Below are positions 19,871 through 30,686 of a stretch of DNA of 64,000 nt, piece by piece. The stretch lies in contig CAWDOD010000002.1 of NCBI GenBank assembly GCA_963803805.1, forward strand, positions 800,001 through 864,000, given 5' to 3'. A program made the position numbers and the translations under genes. The notes under the pieces are model-generated. The model had not been told where the DNA came from. It did not search any database and was given only the letters and a program-made list of their open reading frames with translations. Source of the stretch: an uncultured cyanobacterium (GTDB taxonomy: Bacteria > Cyanobacteriota > Cyanobacteriia > Cyanobacteriales > CAWCAG01). The first letter of the stretch is position 1, and each line of letters begins with the position of its first letter.

Positions 19871-21710
19871 ATGTTTCCCCCCTCCTTCAAACCCTTAGCA
19901 GCCATCGCAACTACTCCTAATGCTGTTACTAAATTACAGCTTTTGGGAATTAAAGTTTGGGTTCCCCAACCCCTTAGTCATTTGGCTGATGTCCAGGTAT
20001 ACCAAGGTTCTTTACAAACTTGTTTAGCCTCCCTTTGGAAAAATCACCGCGCCTTGGTTTTTTGCTTAGCTGCGGGGGCAGTAGTGAGGTTAATTGCCCC
20101 TCTTTTAAAAGACAAAAAGAGTGATCCTGCGGTGGTAGTACTAGATCAAGAAGGACGTTTTGTCATTAGTTTGTGTAGTGGACATCAGGGAGGGGCAGAT
20201 GTTTTAACTCGCTTAATTGCTAAGCAGTTGGGGGCAACCCCAGTATTAACCGGGGCAGCAGCAAGTTTGGATTTGCCGGGAATTGACCAGCTTGGGGTTC
20301 AGTTTGGCTGGGGCAAAGGAACAGGAGATTGGACAGGAGTTAGTGCGGCGGTAGCCCGTCAAGAGGTGGTAGAAGTGATTCAGGAAGTGGGTTCTACCCT
20401 TTGGCAAAAACATTTACCCCAAGGACATCCTTTTGTTTTTGGTTTTCCTGAACCGGGCAAAAATCAAGGGCAACCCCAAGGCAGAATTTGGATTAGTTTC
20501 ACTAAACGCAAATTTTCCCCGGACACAGAATCTTGCCAAAGTACAATGGCATCCCCGTGTCCTTTGGATTGGTATGGGTTGTGAACGGAGTACTTCTCAA
20601 TTGGTAATGGAAACTGCTATAGAGGAAGTATTTCAACGCTATCATCTGGCAACAGAGGCGATCGCAGGGGTTGCCACCATTGATCTTAAAGCTGATGAAT
20701 TAGGCATTTTGAGTTTGTGCCAAAAACGAAACTTTCCTTTACAAACCTTTCAGGCTGAGGCTTTGGAGAAGGTAGAAGTACCCACACCTTCTGCTGTAGT
20801 TAACCAAGAAGTGGGAACTCCTAGCGTAGCAGAAGCAGCAGCTATGTTAGCAACTCAAAATTCTTCTCTACTTGTCCCAAAACAAATTTTTCGCCTAGAA
20901 GGTGAACCGGGGGCTGTAACTGTAGCAGTGGCACAGACTGAGTTGGAATATATAGGGAGGAAAGGAAAATTATTTCTAGTGGGTACAGGGCCAGGAGACT
21001 TGGGACAAATGACCCCTACAGCCCAAACTGCGGTGGTCCAAGCAGATGTAATTATTGGTTATTCTTTGTACCTTAACTTAATTAAACCTCTTCATCGTCC
21101 AGGGCAAATTCAAGAAAGCTTCCCTATCACCCAAGAAAGGCAAAGGGCGCAAAGGGCCATTGAATTGGCTAACTGGGGTTTAACAGTGGCAGTAGTGTCT
21201 TCTGGGGATGCCGGGATTTATGGGATGGCAGGATTGGTGATGGAGGAACTCAAAGCACAAGGTTGGGATGGTGAAACTCCAGGAGTAGAGGTCTTTCCGG
21301 GGATTAGCGCCCTACAAGCTGCCGCAGCCAGGGTAGGTACGCCTTTAATGCACGATTTTTGTGCCATTAGTTTAAGCGATTTATTAACCCCTTGGGAAGT
21401 TATTGCTAAGCGTTTAGAAGCAGCAGCAGAAGCTGATTTTGTTACAGCAATTTATAATCCCCGTTCTCAATCTCGTACCCAACAAATTGAGATTGCCCAA
21501 AAAACTTTCTTAAAATATCGAGATGCTAATACCCCGGTGGCTTTAGTCCGTTCTGCCTATCGTCAAGATGAAGAAATTGTCGTCACGACTTTGGAGAAGA
21601 TGCTAGATTTTCCTATTGATATGTTAACTACGGTTTTAATCGGCAACCACAGTACCCAAAATTATGCCAACTGGCTAATTACCCCGCGAGGCTATATCAA
21701 ATCTGTTTGA
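19871..21710 (+). pseudogene. cobJ: CbiG-CobJ(CbiH) fusion split by a frameshift near 20520-20535 (real lesion or sequencing error)
   Basis: First frame: CbiG N-term (VRLIAPLL.DK..DPAV, SGHQGGA); next frame continues HPRVLWIGMGCER, GTPSVAEAAA and the methylase VGTGPG, SSGDAGIYGMA. Confidence 0.85.
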
Positions 21711-21801
21711 ACAGTTGCAAAAATAGCGATCGCTTCGAGCTTAGTTAGAGTACTGTGAGAAAAGAATATTTTATATATTATCTCGACAATATCTTACAGA
21801 A

Positions 21802-22944
21802 ATGACTTCTACCATCACCATCAAGGAAAACCATCGTCTCTCCCTAGAAAAACTAACCTTACCTAAGCGAGTTTTACTTGGTCCTGGCCCCTCTAATGCC
21901 CATCCCCAAGTACTGCAAGCCCTTAGTATTGAACCCGTAGGACATTTAGATCCTAGTTATCTATCCTTAATGGATGAGGTACAAGAACTTTTACGCTACA
22001 CTTGGCAAACTAGTAACCCTACTACTATTAGCATTAGTGGTACAGGTAGTGCTGCCATGGAAGCTACCTTAGCTAATGTTGTTGAACCAGAAGAGGTTGT
22101 TTTGGTTGGGGTTATGGGTTATTTCGGCAACCGCCTAGTAGATATGGCAGGGCGTTATGGGGCTGAGGTACGCACTATGATGAAGCCTTGGGGAGAAGTA
22201 TTTAGCTTAGCAGAATTACGAAGTAACTTAGAAAAACATCGTCCTGCTATCCTGGCTTTAGTTCATGCGGAAACTTCTACCGGGGCTTGTCAGCCTTTAG
22301 AAGGAGTAGGAGAACTCTGTCGGGAGTTTGACTGCTTGTTGCTGGTAGATAGTGTAACTAGTTTAGGGGGCGTGCCTTTATTGATTGATGATTGGGGCAT
22401 TGATTTGTCCTACAGTTGTTCTCAAAAAGGCTTAAGCTGCCCTCCTGGTTTAGCACCTTTTACCATGAGTCCTCGCGCAGTGGATAAGTTGCAACAGAGA
22501 AAGACAAAGGTTGCTAATTGGTATTTAGATATTTCCCTATTAAGCAAATATTGGGGACAAGAACGCATCTATCACCACACAGCCCCCGTTAATATGAATT
22601 ATGCTTTGCGGGAAGCTTTGCGCTTATTGGCAGAAGAAGGTTTGGCAAAGCGTTGGCAACGCCACAAAGATAATGCTCAATTACTTTGGGATGGTTTGGC
22701 AGATTTAGGTTTAAAATGCCATGTAGCTAAAGAATTTCGCTTGCCCACTTTAACCACAGTCCGCATTCCCCAAGGAGTAGATGGGAAAGGGATTAGTAAG
22801 AGGTTGTTGCAAAATTATAATATTGAAATTGGTGGCGGCTTAGGAGAATTAGCAGGGCAAGTTTGGCGTATTGGTTTGATGGGTTATAACAGTAAGCCAG
22901 AGAATGTAGAACTAATTCTTAAGACTTTGCAGGAAGTTTTGTAG
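21802..22944 (+). CDS. Alanine/serine-glyoxylate aminotransferase (class V)
   Basis: LLGPGPS, HAETSTG, SCSQK PLP lysine, YHHT. Confidence 0.93.
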   Translation: MTSTITIKENHRLSLEKLTLPKRVLLGPGPSNAHPQVLQALSIEPVGHLDPSYLSLMDEVQELLRYTWQTSNPTTISISGTGSAAMEATLANVVEPEEVVLVGVMGYFGNRLVDMAGRYGAEVRTMMKPWGEVFSLAELRSNLEKHRPAILALVHAETSTGACQPLEGVGELCREFDCLLLVDSVTSLGGVPLLIDDWGIDLSYSCSQKGLSCPPGLAPFTMSPRAVDKLQQRKTKVANWYLDISLLSKYWGQERIYHHTAPVNMNYALREALRLLAEEGLAKRWQRHKDNAQLLWDGLADLGLKCHVAKEFRLPTLTTVRIPQGVDGKGISKRLLQNYNIEIGGGLGELAGQVWRIGLMGYNSKPENVELILKTLQEVL

Positions 22945-23042
22945 GTTCTTGTTATTATTCTTATCAATACCTCTGGCATTCAACACTTCTGGCTCAAACC
23001 TATGAGCAGTAAACTCTTAAATGAGCTACTTTTGACTTAGTG

Positions 23043-25580
23043 CTATTCACCATTTTTCAAAACCTTGGGTAAGTTTGGAGGTTTCTTTAATTTGAGAGAA
23101 ACAAAATAGCGACTCCTAACCAAACTGGTAGGTTGCCAGGGAGGATGCCAGTAGGTGTCTTGTATAACAGCTTGATCATTATCTTTTGACCATATAACCT
23201 TAACTACACTAAAATTGTTGCGTCCCACCACTTCTCGCCCTTCTTGTAACCAACGATTACGCCAAAATACGGCTAGTAATTTACTTAATAATTTATTACC
23301 CAAATTGAGTAGAGGATTAGGTAAAGGACGTTTTTCTAACCACCTTTTAATACCCTTAACTTTCTCGGCTTTGAGGCGATGAATCCAAGCGATTTCATAA
23401 CGCCAGTCTGGTAAATATTTAGGGTCTTTAACTGCTAATTCCCAGGCTAGCTGCCAGTTACCTTGAGTAGGGTTTATTTTTCGTAGGAAGGGGCTGTTGC
23501 GATCCTGGTTAACTATATCAATCATCTGGATCTTCTCTGGAGTAATAACCACATCAACTAACTGAGGCTGTTCATTCCATCCTGCCCAAAATTCTGATTG
23601 TTCTGGAAACAAAGATTTCGCTTTAGTGTGAATCAAATAGGTGGCTACTTCAGCATTTTTAAAAGCGCTAGAAGTTAATTGCACTAACATCCCTGCTTTT
23701 TCTGAGTTCGTAGAAAGAGAAGGTGAGGAGGCTTGGAAGGGACGACGTGACCAATAATTGAGGCGTACAGCACAACTATAGTGGATATCTCCAGAGAGAA
23801 TTATCAGGTGATCGCGATGTTGAAATAAAGTAGTTAATAGCTTACTAAAAGCAACTTGATTAAAGTTCCAACTATCCCCCACATCGTTATCAAATACCCG
23901 TTCCTGTTGTAAGTAAAATTCCTGTACTTGGTCAATAATTTTCAAGCTAACTAAGTTAGTTGGGGCAACAATAAAAGTTAGTTCAACTTGGCATTTCTTC
24001 TCTGCTTTGAGTTTTTCTGTATAGGTTAAAGGGTCTTGTAATTGTTCTATAAAAGCTGTAGGAGAGAGTAACATCGGCGGTGTTAAAGAACCCTGTTCTC
24101 CTAAAGGATAGCCCCGCCAAGTACGTGTATCTAAAACGATGACTTCATGGCTAGTGCTTCTAATGGTGTAATGCCAAGTTAAGATGCTGTTTTCCCCGTC
24201 AGTTTTGCGCCTTAAAATTAAAACATCTCCATCCCTTTGATATTCTGCTAAACCTGATTCTGGATCTAAAGGAGGGATGCCCAAATAAGCAGCCAGTTGC
24301 TGATTGATTTCTTGATCTTTTCCCTGGGATGCTGACCATTTTTGGGCAGCTTTTAAAAATTTCTCTCCCCTTTCTCCTAACTCAAATTGTTCTGGAGTAT
24401 TGCCCCAACCTTGAAATAAACCATAGGACAACATGGCATTTTGTACGGTTCTTTTGCCGAGGGGACTGCTTAAGACACGGTTGCACCACTCTAGGTTAAG
24501 ATACCAATCATCGCTAACATCATGGTCATCAAAAATCATGTAGGTAGGTACATTAGCTAATGCCCGTCTAACTTGCCAAAGATCCCTAGCAAATTCTTGA
24601 ATAGCTTGCGTTTCACTATCCCAAATCTGGGCCTGTTGTGTATCTTTGGTGACGGTATTGCCTTTGGGAAACTCATTAGGCCAAATTACAGGCGACCAAG
24701 ATAGCAGATACATAGCATAATACTCCCCTAAGCTAAAAAGATGGCTTTTCGCTTTAGATTCATAACCGTGTAGCATTCCTGTAAACCCAGCGTTAATCCT
24801 GGCTACCTCGCTACGTTGTCCCGGTTTGATTTGTTGGGGTTTTTGAAATTCATATTCTCCGGTTGGTAACAGTTTTATAGGTAAGTCTTCTTCCCAACCC
24901 AGCAGACTATCTCCTAAATAAGATGAAGCCCATAATAAAGGATCGGCAACATCATCGCCGTAAATTTGATCTCCGGTGAGGAAGAGTTGATGAATCCGAT
25001 CATTAGCTAAGTGGGCAGATTTTTCTAGCAACTTATCGAGGATAGGTAGCATATCCCTTTCCCCGCCGTGGGGTTTGCGACAGGAACCATGGACGATTTT
25101 GAGCTGGTTTAAGTCCTCTGGGGGTAAGGTGAAGGTGGGGAGATTATGGTCGAAGTAGCTAAGGCTGATGTAGGGACTAAAGTTTTCGGCGTTTAAAGCT
25201 TGCGGGAGTGACTGAGGGGGAGAAGGATCGGTTTGGAGGTTGCTAAATTCGAGATCGTAGCTATAAATGTAGCTTGGTTGGAGATGGAAGTTATTGATTG
25301 GTTTAGCTGTAATGGAGGCTAAATGCAGATTTTGCCCTAACTGTATTGTGGTGCGATCGCCCCTCTGCACTAGTTCTTGAATCTTTTTTCCCTGACCGTT
25401 TTCAGTGGCATAGACTTTTAAGGTAACGTGACGCGGTTCTTTTAGTGCTACCCAAACCGTAACTGCTTCCGGGATAGTTTTTCGCAAAATTGGTCCTGCC
25501 AGAATTAGCGGCAAGTTTGACCAACTTTTAAAGTAGTCTGCGTGGGTATGGTAACTTTTTGGCATCCCCCTACTCCCCAC
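23043..25580 (-). CDS. PhoD-like metallophosphatase family protein
   Basis: GSCRKPH, GDQIYGDD, IFDDHDV, LDTRT, LSGDIH. Confidence 0.85.
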   Translation of the reverse strand: MGSRGMPKSYHTHADYFKSWSNLPLILAGPILRKTIPEAVTVWVALKEPRHVTLKVYATENGQGKKIQELVQRGDRTTIQLGQNLHLASITAKPINNFHLQPSYIYSYDLEFSNLQTDPSPPQSLPQALNAENFSPYISLSYFDHNLPTFTLPPEDLNQLKIVHGSCRKPHGGERDMLPILDKLLEKSAHLANDRIHQLFLTGDQIYGDDVADPLLWASSYLGDSLLGWEEDLPIKLLPTGEYEFQKPQQIKPGQRSEVARINAGFTGMLHGYESKAKSHLFSLGEYYAMYLLSWSPVIWPNEFPKGNTVTKDTQQAQIWDSETQAIQEFARDLWQVRRALANVPTYMIFDDHDVSDDWYLNLEWCNRVLSSPLGKRTVQNAMLSYGLFQGWGNTPEQFELGERGEKFLKAAQKWSASQGKDQEINQQLAAYLGIPPLDPESGLAEYQRDGDVLILRRKTDGENSILTWHYTIRSTSHEVIVLDTRTWRGYPLGEQGSLTPPMLLSPTAFIEQLQDPLTYTEKLKAEKKCQVELTFIVAPTNLVSLKIIDQVQEFYLQQERVFDNDVGDSWNFNQVAFSKLLTTLFQHRDHLIILSGDIHYSCAVRLNYWSRRPFQASSPSLSTNSEKAGMLVQLTSSAFKNAEVATYLIHTKAKSLFPEQSEFWAGWNEQPQLVDVVITPEKIQMIDIVNQDRNSPFLRKINPTQGNWQLAWELAVKDPKYLPDWRYEIAWIHRLKAEKVKGIKRWLEKRPLPNPLLNLGNKLLSKLLAVFWRNRWLQEGREVVGRNNFSVVKVIWSKDNDQAVIQDTYWHPPWQPTSLVRSRYFVSLKLKKPPNLPKVLKNGE

Positions 25581-25638
25581 TTCCTACTCCCTCAAGCCAA
25601 GAATTTCGTACCTCACAAACAATCTTAAATATTATATA

Positions 25639-26700
25639 TCAAGGATTGCTAAAAGTATTGATTTCTCCATTCCCTGTATAGCGCCCAGGAATTGGTCGAG
25701 GAGTGATAGTGCGAGGATTGGTTTGAAATCCTTGGTTAAACTGATTATTGTTGAATGTAGAGTTTGGTACAGGTTGGGGTTGATAATAAACTGGTGGTGC
25801 TACTTGGCGAGTACTGGGGTTGTAAGTGCTGGCATTGTTGGGAACAGGAACTACCGGAGTGAAATTTGTTTGGACAGGGGCAAGATTAACTGGTTGAGAT
25901 TGACCTGAATAGTTGTAATTATTGTAGTTATTGGCAGGGGCTTGATAAGTCGTAAAATTCTGTTTTTGGTTATTTAAAATTGGTTGTTGAGATTGATACT
26001 GCCCTTGATAACCATTAACTTGACTTCCTTGCAAAGATGAATTGCTACTTTCCAAGTTGTTATTTCCTAATTGCTGGATACTATTTTTAGTAACCTCCAA
26101 TTGTTGAATTGCCTGTTGTAAAGCACTACCTTGGTTAGCTTCATTTTTGTTGTTGTTGCTTAACCCAAATTGAGGTACGTTGAAAAAAGAGCTGCTTCCA
26201 CTACTAGAATTGCCAGCAACGGGGTTAGAATCATTTTGACCAATTGTAGGTAGTAAACTTCCAAAGGCATTAGGATCAGTTAATGCTTCAAGAGCATTTT
26301 TAAAAGAGTTTTTGTTAGAATTTTCTTGCTCTTTAGTTTCAGCTTTATCTTGAGAGTTTTTCTCTTCACTCTCTTTTTCCGAGTCCTCTGTCTGAGTAGG
26401 ATTGTTAGGATCTATTGTAGATAAGGTTCCTGTATCTATTAGTTGCAAATCTTCTTCAGGAAGTTCCTCAGACAATTCAGAATCATTAGCTATACTGTCA
26501 GGATTGCTACTATCAACTGCCGACTCAGGTACTCCACTAAGTTTCTCTATCCATTCTGGATCTTGCAAATATTGCCAGACAAAGATGGAAACAACCGAAA
26601 GTATGGCAGCCGTAACCAAAAATTCTGGTCTTTTAAAAGGCTGCAACCGTGCTTTCAGGTAGCGAAGAGAATTAGAAGTGTTTTTCTGCTCAGATGACAT
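25639..26700 (-). CDS. Hypothetical membrane-anchored Q/N/P-rich protein
   Basis: One N-terminal TM, long low-complexity region, ends GEINTFSNP. Confidence 0.8.
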   Translation of the reverse strand: MSSEQKNTSNSLRYLKARLQPFKRPEFLVTAAILSVVSIFVWQYLQDPEWIEKLSGVPESAVDSSNPDSIANDSELSEELPEEDLQLIDTGTLSTIDPNNPTQTEDSEKESEEKNSQDKAETKEQENSNKNSFKNALEALTDPNAFGSLLPTIGQNDSNPVAGNSSSGSSSFFNVPQFGLSNNNKNEANQGSALQQAIQQLEVTKNSIQQLGNNNLESSNSSLQGSQVNGYQGQYQSQQPILNNQKQNFTTYQAPANNYNNYNYSGQSQPVNLAPVQTNFTPVVPVPNNASTYNPSTRQVAPPVYYQPQPVPNSTFNNNQFNQGFQTNPRTITPRPIPGRYTGNGEINTFSNP

Positions 26701-26907
26701 AAGCTTAACCAGAGTTGCTCTTTAATGACTAATAAAAATGGAGATATACCAACACAGTAGTTGATTGTTGTTTCTCAGTGGAATCAAATGGTTTTTCAAT
26801 ATTCCCAACTTATTAGAAAGCACAGCTAGCTAGGAATGTTTAAAGTTAATCTACCGCTCCTATACTAGCTTACTTTTTTTTCGATGCTACTATTGTTTCA
26901 GTATAGT

Positions 26908-27162
26908 TTACAAATCTGAAGGTGTATCTGGTGCTATTTCAATGCCACCGGTTCGTTTAACGGTTTGTTGATCAGTAATTAAGTCGCTAATCTGTTGTAT
27001 ATCAACACCCATATCTTGGCAAGCTTTTTTAAGTTCTTGCTGAAATGTTTTTAAGTCTTCACCATAACCACATAGCTTAGCTGCCACTTCCAAGCCTTGT
27101 TTGGCATTAGCTTTGGCACAATCAACTAAATCTGTACCTTTGAGGGGTTTATCTGCTGCCAT
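26908..27162 (-). CDS. Conserved hypothetical small protein
   Basis: AGAGG RBS; LVDCAKANAKQG...CGYG. Confidence 0.8.
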   Translation of the reverse strand: MAADKPLKGTDLVDCAKANAKQGLEVAAKLCGYGEDLKTFQQELKKACQDMGVDIQQISDLITDQQTVKRTGGIEIAPDTPSDL

Positions 27163-27224
27163 TGTTTAACCTCTTAGTTGTTAATCTAATTAGCTTGTTT
27201 GTTATGAATTTAAACTGTAGCTAA

Positions 27225-28733
27225 TCACCGTTTCACATCATAGCCAAATAAGTTCGGGTTAACCTCATCTAAATCTAAATCAGCTAAGCCATATTCTGCC
27301 CAACGCCTTTCTACCATCTCGGCAATATCAGGATCAGATTCTAAAACTTCTCCCCATTCGTGGTCAGTTTCCGGGGGAATTTTTGTAGTAGCATCAATGC
27401 CCATTCTGCCCCCTAAACCAATTTTCTGACTGGCAAAATCTAAGGTATCAAAGGGAGTTTCTCCGAGGATGAATACGTCCCTAACGGGGTCAACTTTGGA
27501 ACTAATCGCCCAAACTACTTGACGAGGATCGCGAATGTTGATTTCTTTATCTACGACAATGACAAATTTAGTATAAGTGAATTGAGGTAAAGCACTCCAA
27601 AAAGCTAAAGCAGCCCTCCGTGCTTGCCCAGGATAAGCTTTATCAATGGAGATGATGGCGGCTTTGTAACTCAAGGCTTCCATAGGTAAAAAGAAATCGA
27701 CAATTTCTGATACCTGTTGCCGCAAGATGGGAGTATAGATACGGTTGAGGGCAATGGCCATCATCGCTTCTTCTTTGGGAGGACGACCGCTAAAGGTGGT
27801 TAAATAAACTGGGTCTTGGCGATGGGTCATGGTATGAAAACGGACTAGTGGAGAGTCTTCTACGCCGCCGTAGTAACCCATATGATCTCCGAAAGGTCCG
27901 TCGGGAAGCATTTCTCCTGGGGTAATTGTCCCTTCTAAGACAAATTCAGCAGCCGCAGGTACTTCTAAATCTAGGGTTTTACATTTGGCTAATTGTACTC
28001 CAGATCCGGCGTAAAGCCCTGCAAACAGCCATTCTGATAAATCTACAGGTATGGGGGTAGCCGCCGCCATAATAATCAAGGGGTCAACTCCTAGGGCGAT
28101 CGCAATTTCTAAATTTTTCCCCGCCTCTGCTGCTTTGCGTAAATGTCTTGCCCCGCCTCGTACCGATAACCAATGGACGGTCATGGTATTTTTTGATTGT
28201 AGTTGCAGGCGATATACCCCCACATTGGGAGTGCCTGTTTCCACATCTTTGGTGATCACTAACCCCAAGGTGATGATTTTTCCCGCATCTTTGGCATAAG
28301 GGCGAATGAGAGGAAGTTTGTTTAAATCTAATTCTTCTTCAGTGACAACCACTTGCTGGCAAGGGGGCAACCAACTTTTCCCTGGTTTAGCTTTAACTAC
28401 ATCAAACAAAACCTTCCCAAAATCAACAGCTTGAGAAATCTTTTTAGGAGGTTTGGGTTGTTGCAACATCCCCAATTTTTTCCCCAGAGTTTCCAACTCC
28501 TCTGGCTTTTCCATATTCATAGCCCAGCAAATTCTTTCTACTGTTCCCATGAGGTTAATTGCAACGGGAAAGGCTGCACCCTTAACGTTTTCAAATAGTA
28601 GTCCTGGGCCCCCTGCTTGCAACATTCGGTTAGAAATCTCGGCAATTTCTAAATCTGGGTCTACCAATGTATTGATACGCCGCAGTTGTCCCCGTCCTTC
28701 TAGAAGTTTAATAAATCCCCGTAAATCTCTCAT
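27225..28733 (-). CDS. ubiD: UbiD-family decarboxylase
   Basis: DLRGFI, NVGVYRLQ, DGPFGDHMGYY, GRPPKE, GIDAT. Confidence 0.95.
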   Translation of the reverse strand: MRDLRGFIKLLEGRGQLRRINTLVDPDLEIAEISNRMLQAGGPGLLFENVKGAAFPVAINLMGTVERICWAMNMEKPEELETLGKKLGMLQQPKPPKKISQAVDFGKVLFDVVKAKPGKSWLPPCQQVVVTEEELDLNKLPLIRPYAKDAGKIITLGLVITKDVETGTPNVGVYRLQLQSKNTMTVHWLSVRGGARHLRKAAEAGKNLEIAIALGVDPLIIMAAATPIPVDLSEWLFAGLYAGSGVQLAKCKTLDLEVPAAAEFVLEGTITPGEMLPDGPFGDHMGYYGGVEDSPLVRFHTMTHRQDPVYLTTFSGRPPKEEAMMAIALNRIYTPILRQQVSEIVDFFLPMEALSYKAAIISIDKAYPGQARRAALAFWSALPQFTYTKFVIVVDKEINIRDPRQVVWAISSKVDPVRDVFILGETPFDTLDFASQKIGLGGRMGIDATTKIPPETDHEWGEVLESDPDIAEMVERRWAEYGLADLDLDEVNPNLFGYDVKR

Positions 28734-29220
28734 CAGTTATCAATGATCAGTTATCAATGATCAATTATCAATGATCAATATGAGATTAGGTGCTGATGGC
28801 AAAATTTTGGGTGTAGCTAGTATTTTCTAGGTCTATTTTAAAGCTGAATTTTTCTCTGGGAGAAGCACTAGATTCGTAACGTAAAAAAGTCTCTCCTTGA
28901 TTGGTTTTTATTTCGCGAAAAAGTTCTTCTAATTCTGTTAAAACCATCAGTTTAAGATTGATTGGTAATTCTTCTTCTTGCCCTTGAGAATTATAGTTGT
29001 AAATTAAGGTTTCATTGCTTTACGCCAAGGCAAGCTGCTTTTCGGCTGTTAACAAACAGTAGAAATGAGCTTGCTTAAAAATTACTCCCTGGTATCCATA
29101 AGTTTGAGCTATTTTTGCTACTTAATTATAAATAAATGTAACGAAAAACCGAATTCCTCCTCAAATTCCTTGTTATTGCTTGAGAGAAAAATGAACTGAT
29201 AGCAAAAGGGAGCATAGTGG

Positions 29221-29895
29221 ATGAATTACTTTGGGATCTTAATGGATTTTTTGCGAAATCGTTCTCAGTTTCTAGATAATCTTGACAAAGAGGCAAAGCT
29301 AGAAAAGTATACTGTTGCCCTACTTATTTGTAGTTCTTTATTTTTTGCAATTTATGGGGCAATCATTGGTTCTTTTAGTGGCTGGCTACAAATGCTAGCT
29401 TCAGCAGTTAAGTTGCCAGCTTTGTACTTGCTTACCTTAATAATTTGCTTGCCAACTTTATACTTTTTAGATGTAATTTCTGGCTCTAAACGCACCTTTA
29501 ATCAGTATCTTGCCCTACTCTTAGCTGGCATGGCTATTATTAGTGTGACCCTACTTGGTTTAGCGCCTGTAACCCTGTTTTTTCGCATTTCAATTAATGA
29601 TTATACCTTCTTTAAACTCTGGAATGTAGCCATATTTATATTCACAGGTTTGGTTGGCGTTACTTTCTTTTATCGTAGCACTATTTATTTAGGACGTTCT
29701 GAAGAAAGATCGCCCGAAAGAAGTAAGCAAATTATCAAACCTTGGTTATTTCTATATGGTTTAGTAGGTAGTCAATTGGGATGGGTATTAAGACCTTTTT
29801 TCGGCTCTCCAGATCGTCCTTTCCAACTTTTTCGCGAAATAGAAAGCAACTTTTATTTGCATTTTTGGAAACTTATTGTCAATACTTTCAACTGA
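29221..29895 (+). CDS. Multi-pass membrane protein
   Basis: Five hydrophobic segments; KLPALYL, GSQLGWVLRPFFG. Confidence 0.8.
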   Translation: MNYFGILMDFLRNRSQFLDNLDKEAKLEKYTVALLICSSLFFAIYGAIIGSFSGWLQMLASAVKLPALYLLTLIICLPTLYFLDVISGSKRTFNQYLALLLAGMAIISVTLLGLAPVTLFFRISINDYTFFKLWNVAIFIFTGLVGVTFFYRSTIYLGRSEERSPERSKQIIKPWLFLYGLVGSQLGWVLRPFFGSPDRPFQLFREIESNFYLHFWKLIVNTFN

Positions 29896-29950
29896 AAAAT
29901 GATTGCACTATGAGCAGTTTGCCTAAAATGAAAAGAGTAGCTAAATACCA

Positions 29951-30664
29951 ATGGAAATTGATTTAGAAAGCTTAAAATTAACTCCAGAACAACTGGAAGA
30001 CTTGGTAGAATTAGATACTAGCACTACTATTGCTGTGGATTTTTACCGAGCCTTTGTCTTCAAAAAACCTCAGCAAATCTTTTCTGTACTAATTACTGAG
30101 TTAGCCTTGTTCGTGGCAATGCTCATTTCTATTTATCCTATCACTCTAATCATTCTCAGAAATTCAAACAACCTACCAACAACTACTGCTGGAACAAATC
30201 AACTTTTACTGGTACTTTTGTTTTTTTCTTTGGTTTGTTTAGCAGGAATAAATGCTTATATTTGGCGAGGGGCTAAAAGTTTGAAATCTTTAGCTAGATT
30301 AATGGAGGAAACTGATAAGTATAATAGTGTTGTTCACACTCTTGAAGTTATGGAAAGACTAGACTCAGTTAGTGGCGCAAATAGTATTCAAAATCGTGGA
30401 GAAGTTTTTGAGATATTACAAGCGACAAAGAGGAGTTTAATTAGTGCTGTTAATATTGAAAAAGTGATGAGGAAACACCAAGGTTTCCTCGCCAATCGTC
30501 AAGACTTAGTTACAAGTTTGGAAAATAACTTAACGACTTTAATCACTTTTGATCCTAGTAGTGCTGCTCAAGAATATCAACAACTACTTAATGACACCTT
30601 ACAAATTGGTATGACAGTACATAAAGAGGTAGGAAAATTACAGAGTCGTAGGAGAAAAACCTAA
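29951..30664 (+). CDS. Hypothetical two-TM protein with helical C-terminus
   Basis: 237-aa ORF co-oriented with the previous gene. Confidence 0.8.
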   Translation: MEIDLESLKLTPEQLEDLVELDTSTTIAVDFYRAFVFKKPQQIFSVLITELALFVAMLISIYPITLIILRNSNNLPTTTAGTNQLLLVLLFFSLVCLAGINAYIWRGAKSLKSLARLMEETDKYNSVVHTLEVMERLDSVSGANSIQNRGEVFEILQATKRSLISAVNIEKVMRKHQGFLANRQDLVTSLENNLTTLITFDPSSAAQEYQQLLNDTLQIGMTVHKEVGKLQSRRRKT

Positions 30665-30686
30665 GACTCTGGTGAAATTATCCGTG

